DNA of 33,906 bases from Singulisphaera sp. GP187 (GCA_945896765.1 CAMDEL010000001.1:1-33906), one strand, 5' to 3'; positions 17,262 to 26,519 are shown, counted from the first letter of the stretch. Numbers and translations: made by a program. The notes: generated by a model from the sequence alone, not told the origin.

Positions 17262-17987
17262 ATGAGTGCCACTTCAGATCCGTTAACCCCAAGTCGATCG
17301 TTTCCAGAGACTCAGACGGTGTGGATTGCCGATCGATTGTCCGAGGGCGAAGCAGGTTTGATGCTCGCCAATGGATATGTGATGGAGAGTTATGTTCGGC
17401 CGCTGAGCATCTATTGCAGCAAGATCGGATTGGCGCGAATGGTGCGTATCGATGCGGATGATTTAGTGCATGGTTTTTTTGCCAATCGCTTGAGCAATTC
17501 TGAATATCTCAAGTCATGGTTGACGAGTGGATTGCGACTTCGCCAATGGTTGCGAAATGGACTTCATTTTTACGTGCACGAATTGCGGCGGCAGAATGCA
17601 ACTCAGCTTGGACTTCACATCGGAGGTCAAGCATTGTCAGAAGAAGTTCTCAGTGAGGGCGCAGCGCACGATCATGAGTTCGAGAGGGCGTGGGCATTGG
17701 CTGCCCTTGACTTGGCGATGAAGGAAACAAAAGAAGAACTCGAGACGCGAAATCGGCGTGATGAGTGGGAAATGTTCTGGAGCCATCATGTCGAAGGAGT
17801 TCCCCACGCAAAAATTGGAGAGCGTTTCCAATTGTCCGCCGCACAAGTAGCTCAGCGCGCATTCGCGGTTGGTGCGCAACTTCGAGATGCGCTTTGTGGA
17901 ATTCTGCGCAAGGACGGAGCATTGGGCAGCGAGATCGATGTGGAAGTTCGGTCCATGATGGAGGTCTTAAATGAACTCCGATCCTGA
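17262..17987 (+). CDS. ECF-type (sigma-70 family) RNA polymerase sigma factor
   Basis: 241 aa. Region-2-like DADDLVHGFFANRL and LRQWLRNGLHFYVHELRRQ. Region-4-like HTH, GVPHAKIGERFQLSAAQVAQRAFAVGAQLRDAL. Confidence 0.75.
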   Translation: MSATSDPLTPSRSFPETQTVWIADRLSEGEAGLMLANGYVMESYVRPLSIYCSKIGLARMVRIDADDLVHGFFANRLSNSEYLKSWLTSGLRLRQWLRNGLHFYVHELRRQNATQLGLHIGGQALSEEVLSEGAAHDHEFERAWALAALDLAMKETKEELETRNRRDEWEMFWSHHVEGVPHAKIGERFQLSAAQVAQRAFAVGAQLRDALCGILRKDGALGSEIDVEVRSMMEVLNELRS

Positions 17988-18441
17988 TTTGCACCACGAT
18001 GATTTCGGAGCGTCGCGTGCGGTTGCGATGCGGCTATTTTGCGCGATCTTAGGCCCAAATGCGCACCCAATTGATCGACTCGCGGCGCGATGCACTGCCT
18101 CGGATGGCGCGCAGTGGAGCAGTCAAGTTCTCGCAGCATTCGTGCCTGTTCCCAAGTCGATTGAAAGTTGGATCACTTGGAAAGATATGGCAAAGACCGG
18201 CATTCGCGAGAGCGATCTTCATGCTGGAGATCCTTTGGCACTCGCTGCATTTTTGCAATATCTCTGCGCGATTGCAGGCGCATTGGCTTTCGATGGAACT
18301 GTAATAACAAAAACTTCGGCAGTCGAAATTCGACGCGCGTTGAATGTGGTTGGTCCATTGATCGAACCAAGATGGCAAGATACTTTCCGTCGAGCACGTG
18401 TTCGACTTGATCAAATCAAAGAGATTGGTTCGACAAAATAG
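17971..18441 (+). CDS. Hypothetical soluble protein, translationally coupled to the sigma-factor gene
   Basis: 156-aa ORF. GGAGG Shine-Dalgarno 6 nt upstream of the ATG. 17-nt overlap with the sigma gene. No TM segment and no HxxxCxxC motif. No family recognised. Confidence 0.6.
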   Translation: MNSDPDLHHDDFGASRAVAMRLFCAILGPNAHPIDRLAARCTASDGAQWSSQVLAAFVPVPKSIESWITWKDMAKTGIRESDLHAGDPLALAAFLQYLCAIAGALAFDGTVITKTSAVEIRRALNVVGPLIEPRWQDTFRRARVRLDQIKEIGSTK

Positions 18442-18444
18442 TTT

Positions 18445-19701
18445 TTATGTTGTGTAGTCGGCGTTGATTTCGACATATCTCTTCGTCAACCCGCACGACC
18501 AGAAAACATCAGACGCATCTCCCATCGCAAGGTCTAATTCAATTCGAACCGTGTCGGCCGTGAATGCACGGCGGACTGCAACGGGGTCAGCGTTCGTTGG
18601 TTCGCCGGCTGCAAAGAGGGCAATCCCACCTGCAGAAACCCGCAGAGTTGATGGATTCAATTCGACTCCCGCGCGGCCTGCTGCAGCGAGGATTCTGCCC
18701 CAGTTCGGATCGCCACCAGTCACTGCGGTCCGCACTAACAAACTCATTGCAACAGTTCGAGCCACTTGCAGTGCATCTGATTGCGTTCGTCCTCCATGCA
18801 CTCGTACTTCAAGTCCGCGCTCGAATCCTTCTCCGTCACGAACAACCATGAGCGCAAGTTCTTGAGCGACTGCTTCAAAGGCAAGTGCAAGTTGATTTGG
18901 CGGAACGATTCCAGCGCAATTGGAAGAGAGCGCAAAGACACTGTCATTCGTGCTTGTGTCACCATCAACTGAGATGCGGTGAAAACTTTGTTCGACGGCG
19001 GATCGAAGGTGTCCGTCCAACGCGCTTGGCGTAAGCGTTGCATCAGTTGCAATCACTGAAATCATCGTTGCCATATTGGGATGAATCATTCCTGCACCCT
19101 TTGCGACGCCAGTCACGGTGCAGGTTCGTTCAGTTGCTCCTTCCATCCAACGAATGATTCGGCTCGCCCACTTTGGTCGCGTATCGGTGGTCATGATTGA
19201 CCGAGCGAATGTCTCGCACGATCCAGGTTGAAGTGAAGCCTTTAGCGCAGGTAATGCCTTCTCGATGCGATCGATTGGAAGTTGCACTCCAATGACACCT
19301 GTGGAATTCACAAGGACCGATTGCGATGGAACACCCAGAGTGGCCGCGAGTGATTCAATCGTGCGGCGTGAGCGAACAAGACCTTCTTCGCCAGTCGCAG
19401 CATTGGCGCAACCAGAATTAATAATGAGCGCGCGAATTCGTGCTGAAGAAACAGCGAGATTGGCTCGAGAGACTTGAATCGGCGCGGCAACAATCAGATT
19501 GCGTGTGAATACAGCAGCGGCGGAGAGTTCTCCAATGCCAAACTCTCCATTGCCAAACAAGATCGCAAGATCATTGACGCCTGGCTTCTTGATTCCTGCA
19601 GCAATACCTCCAGACGAAAATCCGCGTGGCCAATGCGGCGCCGTGGTGGGGGGATTGGAAGGAATGCCGTTGGGTGAGAGCGCTGTGGGAGTTGCGGTCA
19701 T
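18445..19701 (-). CDS. argJ: Bifunctional ornithine acetyltransferase / N-acetylglutamate synthase
   Basis: 418 aa with the self-cleavage region GMIHPNMATMISVIATDA and an INADYTT C-terminus. Confidence 0.95.
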   Translation of the reverse strand: MTATPTALSPNGIPSNPPTTAPHWPRGFSSGGIAAGIKKPGVNDLAILFGNGEFGIGELSAAAVFTRNLIVAAPIQVSRANLAVSSARIRALIINSGCANAATGEEGLVRSRRTIESLAATLGVPSQSVLVNSTGVIGVQLPIDRIEKALPALKASLQPGSCETFARSIMTTDTRPKWASRIIRWMEGATERTCTVTGVAKGAGMIHPNMATMISVIATDATLTPSALDGHLRSAVEQSFHRISVDGDTSTNDSVFALSSNCAGIVPPNQLALAFEAVAQELALMVVRDGEGFERGLEVRVHGGRTQSDALQVARTVAMSLLVRTAVTGGDPNWGRILAAAGRAGVELNPSTLRVSAGGIALFAAGEPTNADPVAVRRAFTADTVRIELDLAMGDASDVFWSCGLTKRYVEINADYTT

Positions 19702-19704
19702 AGA

Positions 19705-21597
19705 TCAGTTGGCCCGAATAGGTGTTGCGCCAGTGTCGAGAGTCATTGCAACTTCATCACATGCATCATTGCGTGGGCATGTTGCGCAGTCTTTGAGAAC
19801 TTTCTCTGGCAAGATGCTGACACTGACTGTCTTGAATCCGCAGCGCGCGAAAAAATCTGGCGCACGTGTCAAGACAAAAACCTTTGGAATACCAAGATCA
19901 GCAGCCCAATCAACGAAGTATCGAGTGAGTGTCGAACCAAGGCCTCCGCCTTTGCGACCAGGCACCACTCCAAGTGAGCGGATTTCGGCTAACTGTGGGG
20001 TATAAATCCACAGGGAGCCGCATCCAACAACGGTATCACCTTCAACAGCGACTGCGAATTCCGAAAGTGACTCGAGTATTTCGTCGCGCGATCGAGGCAA
20101 ATGTTCGCCTTGTCGAGCCCAATGTTCGATGATCCCGCAGATTGCGTCGAGATCATCTATGTGAGCTTCGCGAATTTTTGCATCGCAATACGTTCGCTCA
20201 GTCGAGCCTTCGTCGCTGGATGATTCGATCTGACGGCGAGCGGCTGCAACAGATCCTGCAACTTGAAGTGGTGCAGTACCTCCGCGCACATCGCGCTTGG
20301 CGATCGCACGGTCGACCGTCAGCGCAACATAGACATCGGATTGAATGCGAGGTTCGACCTCTTGCATTTGCGCGACTGTGAGATCTTCGAGTGGCTTCGA
20401 TTCTCTGATGGCTGCGCGTACGAGGCGTCCAGCAGAATGATGTGCATCTCGGAATGGAATGCCCTGATTCACAAGATAATCAGCAAGTTCGGTGGCATTG
20501 GAATATCCACCACCTGCGGCAGCGCGCGCACGTTCGCGGTGGACAATCAATCCATCAAGCACAGGCGGAAGCATTCGTAAGCTGAGCGAGAGATGCTCCA
20601 TCGCATCGAAAAGAGGCTCCTTGTCTTCTTGGAGATCTTTGTTGTATGCAAGAGGCAATCCTTTGAGAACTGTCAAGATGTTCACAAGGTTTGCAATCTG
20701 TCGCCCAGTTTTTCCTCGAATAAGTTCGAGTGCGTCTGGGTTTTTCTTTTGTGGCATCAAACTGGAACCGCTTGTGACGGATTCGGAGAGTTCGATCAAT
20801 CCTGCTTCACCAGTGCTATAAAAAATAATGTCTTCAGCGAAGCGAGAGAGATGGACCGCAGCAAGCGCAGTGGTTGCGAGTGTTTCGACCACGAAATCTC
20901 GATCACTGACGGCATCGAGAGAGTTTGCAGTCGGTGCAGAAAATCCAAGATCATGCGCCAAGTGATCGCGGTCGATGGGATATGCAGTTCCAGCAAGAGC
21001 GCCAGATCCCAGTGGACAGAGTCCGGTGCGAATCGCTGCGTCATTGAATCGATCTCGGTCACGGAGCAACATTTCGACATATGCCATGCACCAATGACCA
21101 AAAAGAATTGGCTGGGCGCGTTGCAGATGCGTGTATCCAGGGAAGAGAGTTTCGCGTTCGCGCTCTGCCAAAGAGAGAAGGCTTCGAATCGCAGCTTCGA
21201 TTTCATTCTGTCGATTTGCAATCTGCTTGAGAGTCCAGAGTCGCAAATCAGTTGCAACTTGGTCATTACGACTGCGACCTGTGTGCAGTTTTTTCCCCAG
21301 TGATCCGACGCGGGCGACAAGTTCTCTCTCCACCCAAGAGTGAATATCTTCGTCGACAGCATCGATCAATGAAGATGGATTTTCAACGCCATGCCGTAAC
21401 ACATCGTTGAGAGCTTCAACGAGCGAATCGGCTTCGCTGACCGACAAAACGTTCGCCCGTTGAAGTGCGCGCGCCCAACCGACGCTTCCTTCAATATCTT
21501 CGTGCAAAAGCGTTCTGTCGAATGCAAGCGAATCGTTGAAAGCTCGAAAGAGTGGATCGGCTGCTTTCGTAAATCTTCCAGCCCAAGTCACGCTCAT
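19705..21597 (-). CDS. argH: Argininosuccinate lyase fused to a C-terminal GNAT acetyltransferase (short N-acetylglutamate synthase-like) domain
   Basis: 630 aa. The ArgH core has GYTHLQRAQP and GSSLMPQKKNPD. The last ~157 aa (about 19705-20178) form a GNAT fold with GRKGGGLGSTL and a KDCATCPRNDACDEVAM end. Confidence 0.92.
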   Translation of the reverse strand: MSVTWAGRFTKAADPLFRAFNDSLAFDRTLLHEDIEGSVGWARALQRANVLSVSEADSLVEALNDVLRHGVENPSSLIDAVDEDIHSWVERELVARVGSLGKKLHTGRSRNDQVATDLRLWTLKQIANRQNEIEAAIRSLLSLAERERETLFPGYTHLQRAQPILFGHWCMAYVEMLLRDRDRFNDAAIRTGLCPLGSGALAGTAYPIDRDHLAHDLGFSAPTANSLDAVSDRDFVVETLATTALAAVHLSRFAEDIIFYSTGEAGLIELSESVTSGSSLMPQKKNPDALELIRGKTGRQIANLVNILTVLKGLPLAYNKDLQEDKEPLFDAMEHLSLSLRMLPPVLDGLIVHRERARAAAGGGYSNATELADYLVNQGIPFRDAHHSAGRLVRAAIRESKPLEDLTVAQMQEVEPRIQSDVYVALTVDRAIAKRDVRGGTAPLQVAGSVAAARRQIESSSDEGSTERTYCDAKIREAHIDDLDAICGIIEHWARQGEHLPRSRDEILESLSEFAVAVEGDTVVGCGSLWIYTPQLAEIRSLGVVPGRKGGGLGSTLTRYFVDWAADLGIPKVFVLTRAPDFFARCGFKTVSVSILPEKVLKDCATCPRNDACDEVAMTLDTGATPIRAN

Positions 21598-22868
21598 CGA
21601 GTGACCTGAGGGGATGAAGTGCGAGCAGCAGAGTTCTTTTGTGCAGCTTGAGAATTCGTAGCATCGCGTAGCGCACGAATACGCGCCGGCAATGAAAAGA
21701 GACGAATGAAACCTTCCGCATGAGTTTGGTCATAGACATTGTCTGCGCCGAAAGTCGCGAAATCCTGACTATAAAGCGAATTCGGACTTCGTCGCCCAGA
21801 GACTGTCGCAGTGCCTTTGAAGAGCCGAACGCGAACGTCACCATCAAGAACTTGCGCCGCATTTTGTGCGCTCGCCCAAAGAACTTCGCGTACTGGAGTG
21901 AACCATGTTCCTTCATAGACGATGCGCGCGAAATCGAGCGCAAGCTTTTGTCGCCACTGCATCGTGTCGCGGTCATAGCACAGTTGTTCCAAACCGCGCA
22001 GCGCTTCCATCAAGATTGTTCCACCTGGTGTTTCGTATGCGCCGCGACTCTTCATGCCGACGAGTCGATTCTCGACCAAATCGATTCGACCAATTCCATG
22101 CGTACCGCCGACACGATTGAGATTTTCAAGAAGTGTGACTGAATCCATCGGCACACCATCGAGCGAAGTTGGGAATCCACTTCGGAATGAAACAGTGATT
22201 TCAGCTCCGGCATCAGGTGCAAGTTTCGGATCACAAGTGAGCATCCACACATCTTCCGGAGGCGCCTTCCAAGGATCTTCCAGATCGCCACCTTCGTGAG
22301 AAATGTGCCATATATTCGCGTCGCGCGAATAGATCTTCTCTGCACTTGCTGCGCAGGGGATAGAACGCACTTTCAAATAGTCCAGCATTTGTTCACGGCT
22401 CTTGAGATCCCAGAGTCGCCATGGCGCAATGACTGGAAGGTGCGGCGCAAGCGCAGCAAATGTGCACTCGAATCGAACTTGATCGTTGCCCTTGCCGGTG
22501 CAACCGTGGCTGAGTGCATCGCAATCTTCAGCAAGTGCGACTTCGACCTGAGCGCGTGCAATGATCGGTCGCGCAATCGAAGTTCCCAAGAGATATCGAC
22601 CTTCATAGACCGAGCCAGTGATCGCCATTGGATATGCGAACTCTTCGAGGAAGGCCTTGCGCAGATCCTTGATCACGCATTTGGTCGCGCCCGAGCGAAT
22701 TGCTTTCTCTTGAATTCCTTCAAGTTCTCGCGCGCCTTGACCAACATCTGCCACGACGGCGATGACTTCGCATCCATATGTCTCAACGAGCCATGGAATG
22801 ATGCAGGAAGTATCGAGACCTCCGGAATACGCGAGTGAAACACGGCGGGGTTTGAATGACTGACTCAT
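21594..22868 (-). CDS. argG: Argininosuccinate synthase
   Basis: 424 aa with AYSGGLDTS and GCTGKGNDQVRFE. Its stop overlaps the argH start as ATGA. Confidence 0.96.
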   Translation of the reverse strand: MSQSFKPRRVSLAYSGGLDTSCIIPWLVETYGCEVIAVVADVGQGARELEGIQEKAIRSGATKCVIKDLRKAFLEEFAYPMAITGSVYEGRYLLGTSIARPIIARAQVEVALAEDCDALSHGCTGKGNDQVRFECTFAALAPHLPVIAPWRLWDLKSREQMLDYLKVRSIPCAASAEKIYSRDANIWHISHEGGDLEDPWKAPPEDVWMLTCDPKLAPDAGAEITVSFRSGFPTSLDGVPMDSVTLLENLNRVGGTHGIGRIDLVENRLVGMKSRGAYETPGGTILMEALRGLEQLCYDRDTMQWRQKLALDFARIVYEGTWFTPVREVLWASAQNAAQVLDGDVRVRLFKGTATVSGRRSPNSLYSQDFATFGADNVYDQTHAEGFIRLFSLPARIRALRDATNSQAAQKNSAARTSSPQVTR

Positions 22869-22943
22869 GGTGACTCCTTCAAAGCAAAGATGGAAGAACG
22901 GACGGTGTGAATAGAAAGCGGACGAGTTGTGTGCGGTCGAGAT

Positions 22944-23900
22944 TCAGATGCGAAGTGCGATATCTGGTCGCAGCAGTGCGAGCATGAGTGCGTTCTGCAC
23001 ATGCATGCGGTTTTCGGCTTGGTCAAGAACGATCGATGCGGATGAATCGATTACTTCCGCAGTGACTTCTTCGCCACGCTTCGCAGGAAGGCAGTGCATG
23101 AAACGAGCGTTCGCGCCAGCCCTGCGCATGAGCTCTGCATTGACTTGATATGGTTCAAGAAGTGCGGTCTTTTCAAGAGTTTGAGATTCTTCGCCCATGG
23201 ATATCCATACATCGGTATAAATCGCATCCGCACCTTTGACAGCATCGAGATCATCCGTGCAGACAATGCGTGCGCCGCTGCGGCACGAACGACCATCTGC
23301 CACTCGAAGAACTTCAGCAGGTGGTCGATAGGACGGGGGAGTGATCACGGTCATTCTGCCGCCAAGTGTGGCGACCGTTTCGATGAGTGAGTGGCATACA
23401 TTGTTCCCATCACCAACCCAAACGAGATGAAGTTGTTCAATTGGGATTCCAGTTTCCAACAATGTGAAGATGTCGGCGAGCGCTTGGCATGGATGATGCA
23501 GATCGCTGAGCGCATTGATCACGGGCACAGAACTCGCCGCCGCAAATCGTTTGAGTAGATCATGTGATCGACAGCGAATGGCAACAACATCAACCCAGCG
23601 CGAAAGATTTTGCGCGTAATCCTCGACGGTTTCGCGCACACCGATCGGCGATGCTTGATGATCCAAGAAGCTGACTCCGCCGCCAAGTTTCTGAAATCCA
23701 AGTTCAAAGGAAACGCGAGTGCGCAGCGAAGGCTTTTCAAAGAGCATCACGAGGGAACGCTGCGCAAGACTTCCTGCGAATGCTGAATAGTCAGCCTTCA
23801 TTCTGCTTGCAAGTGCAAAGAGATGTGTGATCTCGGTTGCGGAGAGATCGACAACCTGAATCAGATCGCGTGTGACGAGGATTGGTGCGGTGAGTGTCAT
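22944..23900 (-). CDS. argF: Ornithine carbamoyltransferase
   Basis: 318 aa with FEKPSLRTRVSFE, HPCQ, DVWISMG and HCLPA motifs. Confidence 0.92.
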   Translation of the reverse strand: MTLTAPILVTRDLIQVVDLSATEITHLFALASRMKADYSAFAGSLAQRSLVMLFEKPSLRTRVSFELGFQKLGGGVSFLDHQASPIGVRETVEDYAQNLSRWVDVVAIRCRSHDLLKRFAAASSVPVINALSDLHHPCQALADIFTLLETGIPIEQLHLVWVGDGNNVCHSLIETVATLGGRMTVITPPSYRPPAEVLRVADGRSCRSGARIVCTDDLDAVKGADAIYTDVWISMGEESQTLEKTALLEPYQVNAELMRRAGANARFMHCLPAKRGEEVTAEVIDSSASIVLDQAENRMHVQNALMLALLRPDIALRI

Positions 23901-24736
23901 CGTGAGAGTGTTGATTGTGTGGTGTGTAGCGATGCGATAGAAGGGGGAAGAATGGTACTACCGACGGATTCACCCTCAGCAAGCCTGGCCAGAATATTTT
24001 TATCACGCCACCCGGCAATCACAACACAGATTCCAGTTTCAGTCGCTGTGGCAAGCGCGTTGTTGATCTTGGGGATCATGCCACCGTAGATCACACCTTG
24101 TTCGATCAAGGTTGCAACTTCTGACGCAGTGATTTGCGAGATGAGTGCGCCATCTTGATCAAGAACGCCAGAGACATCGGTCAAGAAAACAAGTCTTGTT
24201 GCGCCGACAATTCGCGCAATCGCAGCCGCGGCATCGTCTGCATTCACATTGAGCAAATCTCCGCCCGCATCCACCGCAACGCTGGAGATGATTGGCAAGA
24301 ATCCAGCATTGAGCAGAGTATGCACAAGCTTTGCGTCACCGCCGACAACTTCGCCAACGCGGCCGGGATTGAACGGATAGCGCGTGGTCGTGATTGAGGA
24401 GGTAAGAAATCCATCCGCCAAGGAAAGTCCAACTGCCGAAGATCCTCTTGCGAGAAGTTCCGCAACGATGGTCGCATTGACTCGGCCGCTGAGTACCGCA
24501 GAAATTTCGATCATCTGATCGGGTGGTGTCAGGCGAATGCCATCACGTTTTTCTGTTGGCATTCCAAGTCGTGCAAGATGGCGATCGACAGAACTTCCGC
24601 CGCCATGCACGACGATGACCGATCCAGGTCGAGCTGTGTGCAGTGCGCAGATCGAGTCGATCGTCGCTGAAAGTGCTGCGGAATCATCAAGGAGTGCGCC
24701 GCCGAGTTTGACGACAAAGAGTGAGCATTGAATCAT
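23897..24736 (-). CDS. argB: Acetylglutamate kinase
   Basis: 279 aa from the ATG at 24736 (MIQCSLFVVKLGG), which overlaps the argC stop as ATGA. VVHGGG motif. The ORF-track start at 24823 lies inside argC. Confidence 0.93.
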   Translation of the reverse strand: MIQCSLFVVKLGGALLDDSAALSATIDSICALHTARPGSVIVVHGGGSSVDRHLARLGMPTEKRDGIRLTPPDQMIEISAVLSGRVNATIVAELLARGSSAVGLSLADGFLTSSITTTRYPFNPGRVGEVVGGDAKLVHTLLNAGFLPIISSVAVDAGGDLLNVNADDAAAAIARIVGATRLVFLTDVSGVLDQDGALISQITASEVATLIEQGVIYGGMIPKINNALATATETGICVVIAGWRDKNILARLAEGESVGSTILPPSIASLHTTQSTLSR

Positions 24737-25830
24737 GAGTGGACTCCGATGGGCATCGCATTTGACGCGGCAGGCGCTGAAAATCCCTGTGTTTCTGCAA
24801 AGCCAAATCGAATGTTCATACATTGAACTGCTTGACCGGCAGCACCTTTGATCAGGTTGTCAATCGCACTTGAGAGTATGAGGTGCTGTCGCGCTGGGTC
24901 GACGGCGAGACCTATATCGCATCGATTACTCGATTGCACTGCGGAAACCGAGGGCCAATCACCTGCTTTGAGAATGTTGACGAATGGCTCTGATGCGTAT
25001 CGATTGCAAAGGGTTTCACGAACTTGTGTTTCGCTGATGTTCGGCCGAAGAGTCGCATGAATAGTTGAGAGAATTCCGCGATCAAATGGTCCAAGGTGTG
25101 GAGTGAAGATCACATCGGAAAGCGTTTCTTGAATCATTTCTGGTTGGTGGCGATGTGTGAAGACACCATAAGCCTGTTGACTGACTTCACAAAAGAGACT
25201 CTTGAGAGCAGGGGATCGCCCAGCGCCGCTTACGCCACTTGTACTGTCAACAATGATCGAAGTGTTTTCCAAAAGTCCGGCATCGACGAGTGGTCGAAGC
25301 GCAAGTATGACGCTCGTTGGATAGCAACCTGGAACTGCGATCAACTGCGCCTTTGAAATAGCAGTGCGATTGAGTTCGGCGATGCCATAGACCGCCTTCT
25401 CGAGCCACTGCGGATGCGCATGCGAAAATCCATAATGCTTTGGATATGCCGATTGATCGCGCAGTCGAAATGCTGCAGAAAGATCGAAGACCGTGATGCC
25501 TTGTGCGCACAGAACAGGAGCCAAGTCATGGCTTGCTTCGTGAGGTGTCGCCAAGAAGACGACATCGGGTTCGAGTGCGAGAATTTCCGTGGCGTTGGCA
25601 GCGTGCACCTTCAAATCGGTCCATCCACGAAAGCGCGGGAAAATTTGGTCAAAGCGAAGAACGTTTTCGGCGCGCGTGGCTGATGCAAAGAGCCCAACGA
25701 GATCGATTGCGTCATGCTGCAGCAGAATGCCAACGATTTCTGCGCCGGAGTATCCCGCTGCGCCAACAACGACTGCTCGGCAACGCGTGAATGGGGATAG
25801 CGTGGATGATGGAAGGTGACTCATGGACAT
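24733..25830 (-). CDS. argC: N-acetyl-gamma-glutamyl-phosphate reductase
   Basis: 365 aa with GAAGYSGAE and the active-site region VPGCYPTS. Confidence 0.95.
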   Translation of the reverse strand: MSMSHLPSSTLSPFTRCRAVVVGAAGYSGAEIVGILLQHDAIDLVGLFASATRAENVLRFDQIFPRFRGWTDLKVHAANATEILALEPDVVFLATPHEASHDLAPVLCAQGITVFDLSAAFRLRDQSAYPKHYGFSHAHPQWLEKAVYGIAELNRTAISKAQLIAVPGCYPTSVILALRPLVDAGLLENTSIIVDSTSGVSGAGRSPALKSLFCEVSQQAYGVFTHRHQPEMIQETLSDVIFTPHLGPFDRGILSTIHATLRPNISETQVRETLCNRYASEPFVNILKAGDWPSVSAVQSSNRCDIGLAVDPARQHLILSSAIDNLIKGAAGQAVQCMNIRFGFAETQGFSAPAASNAMPIGVHS

Positions 25831-25833
25831 CTT

Positions 25834-26355
25834 TCAGGAATGAGCGGGGGATCGTCGTTGCGATCTGGAGGTTCGTGGATCACCGGCAGAACCTTGCGAG
25901 AGAGATTGCAATCGACGTGCGACTGATTTCGCTGCGCTGTTTGTTGTGCATGCGATGAAGATGCAGTCATCACCTGCAATTGTTCCAATGACTCCCAGTA
26001 ATTTCGCACGATCGATTTCGACAGCAAGCGCACTGGCTTGACCAGGCGGCGTGTGCACGACCGCTTGCGTGCCGCCGATGGCAACTTCAAGCAGGAGTCT
26101 GCGAACCGTAGCAGTGAGTGATGAAATTCGGTCAACGGGGAGAGTTTCGCTTCCCGATGCAAGCATTGCAGAAAGAACTTGATATCCCGCAGCGGACTTC
26201 ACGACGCCAATTTCCGTGAGGTCGCGCGAGAGCGTTGTTTGGGTTGTATCGATACCGACGCGCGACAATTGTTGCGCGAGATCGAACTGACTGGAGATTC
26301 GTCCCGATTCAATCAGCTTGATGATTTGGCGGTGACGTTGAGCTTTGGCGACCAT
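25834..26355 (-). CDS. argR: Arginine repressor
   Basis: 173 aa. Winged-helix N-terminus (RHRQIIKLIESGRISSQFDLAQQL, TQTTLSRDL) and a GTIAGDDCIFI oligomerisation/arginine motif. Confidence 0.92.
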   Translation of the reverse strand: MVAKAQRHRQIIKLIESGRISSQFDLAQQLSRVGIDTTQTTLSRDLTEIGVVKSAAGYQVLSAMLASGSETLPVDRISSLTATVRRLLLEVAIGGTQAVVHTPPGQASALAVEIDRAKLLGVIGTIAGDDCIFIACTTNSAAKSVARRLQSLSQGSAGDPRTSRSQRRSPAHS

Positions 26356-26357
26356 GG

Positions 26358-26392
26358 CGCATTATTATGCAGTCAGATGAATAATAAGTCAA
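26358..26392 (-). promoter_or_regulatory. argR promoter (TTGACT, 17 nt, CATAAT) overlapped by two ARG-box-like operators
   Basis: On the minus strand: -35 TTGACT at 26392-26387 and -10 CATAAT at 26369-26364, with the ATG 8 nt downstream. TGACTTATTATTCA (26391-26378) matches TGAATWWWWATTCA at 13/14. TGCATAATAATGCG (26371-26358) matches at 11/14. Starts are 20 bp apart. Confidence 0.55.
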
Positions 26393-26447
26393 GTCGATTC
26401 TGAAGAAATTTTTGGCGGTTCGATGGTGGGGAGTTCGCGCAACTTTT

Positions 26448-26519
26448 ACAGCCACGGAAACAGCCGCGGAAACAGCCGCGGAAACAGCCACGAATACAGC
26501 CACGAATACAGCCACAGAA
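26448..26519. repeat. 12-bp tandem repeat ACAGCCRCGRAW x6
   Basis: Six contiguous units counted directly. Confidence 0.95.

Noticed and set aside
20593-21303. 236-aa plus-strand ORF antisense to argH. Similar antisense or alternative-frame ORFs lie at 16062-16772, 1849-2505, 22296-22838 and 30399-31268.
   Set aside because: All lie opposite, or out of frame with, genes that have clear family motifs. They are typical shadow ORFs in sequence of this composition.
22944-23900. argF as an acetyl- or succinyl-ornithine transcarbamylase, because of SLRTR in place of STRTR
   Set aside because: The ornithine-binding DVWISMG and HCLPA motifs of classical OTCases are intact. The single Thr-to-Leu difference is insufficient to reassign specificity.
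24737-24823. Extended argB start at 24823
   Set aside because: It would overlap argC by 90 nt. The ATG at 24736 gives the conserved VVKLGG N-terminus and an ATGA junction.
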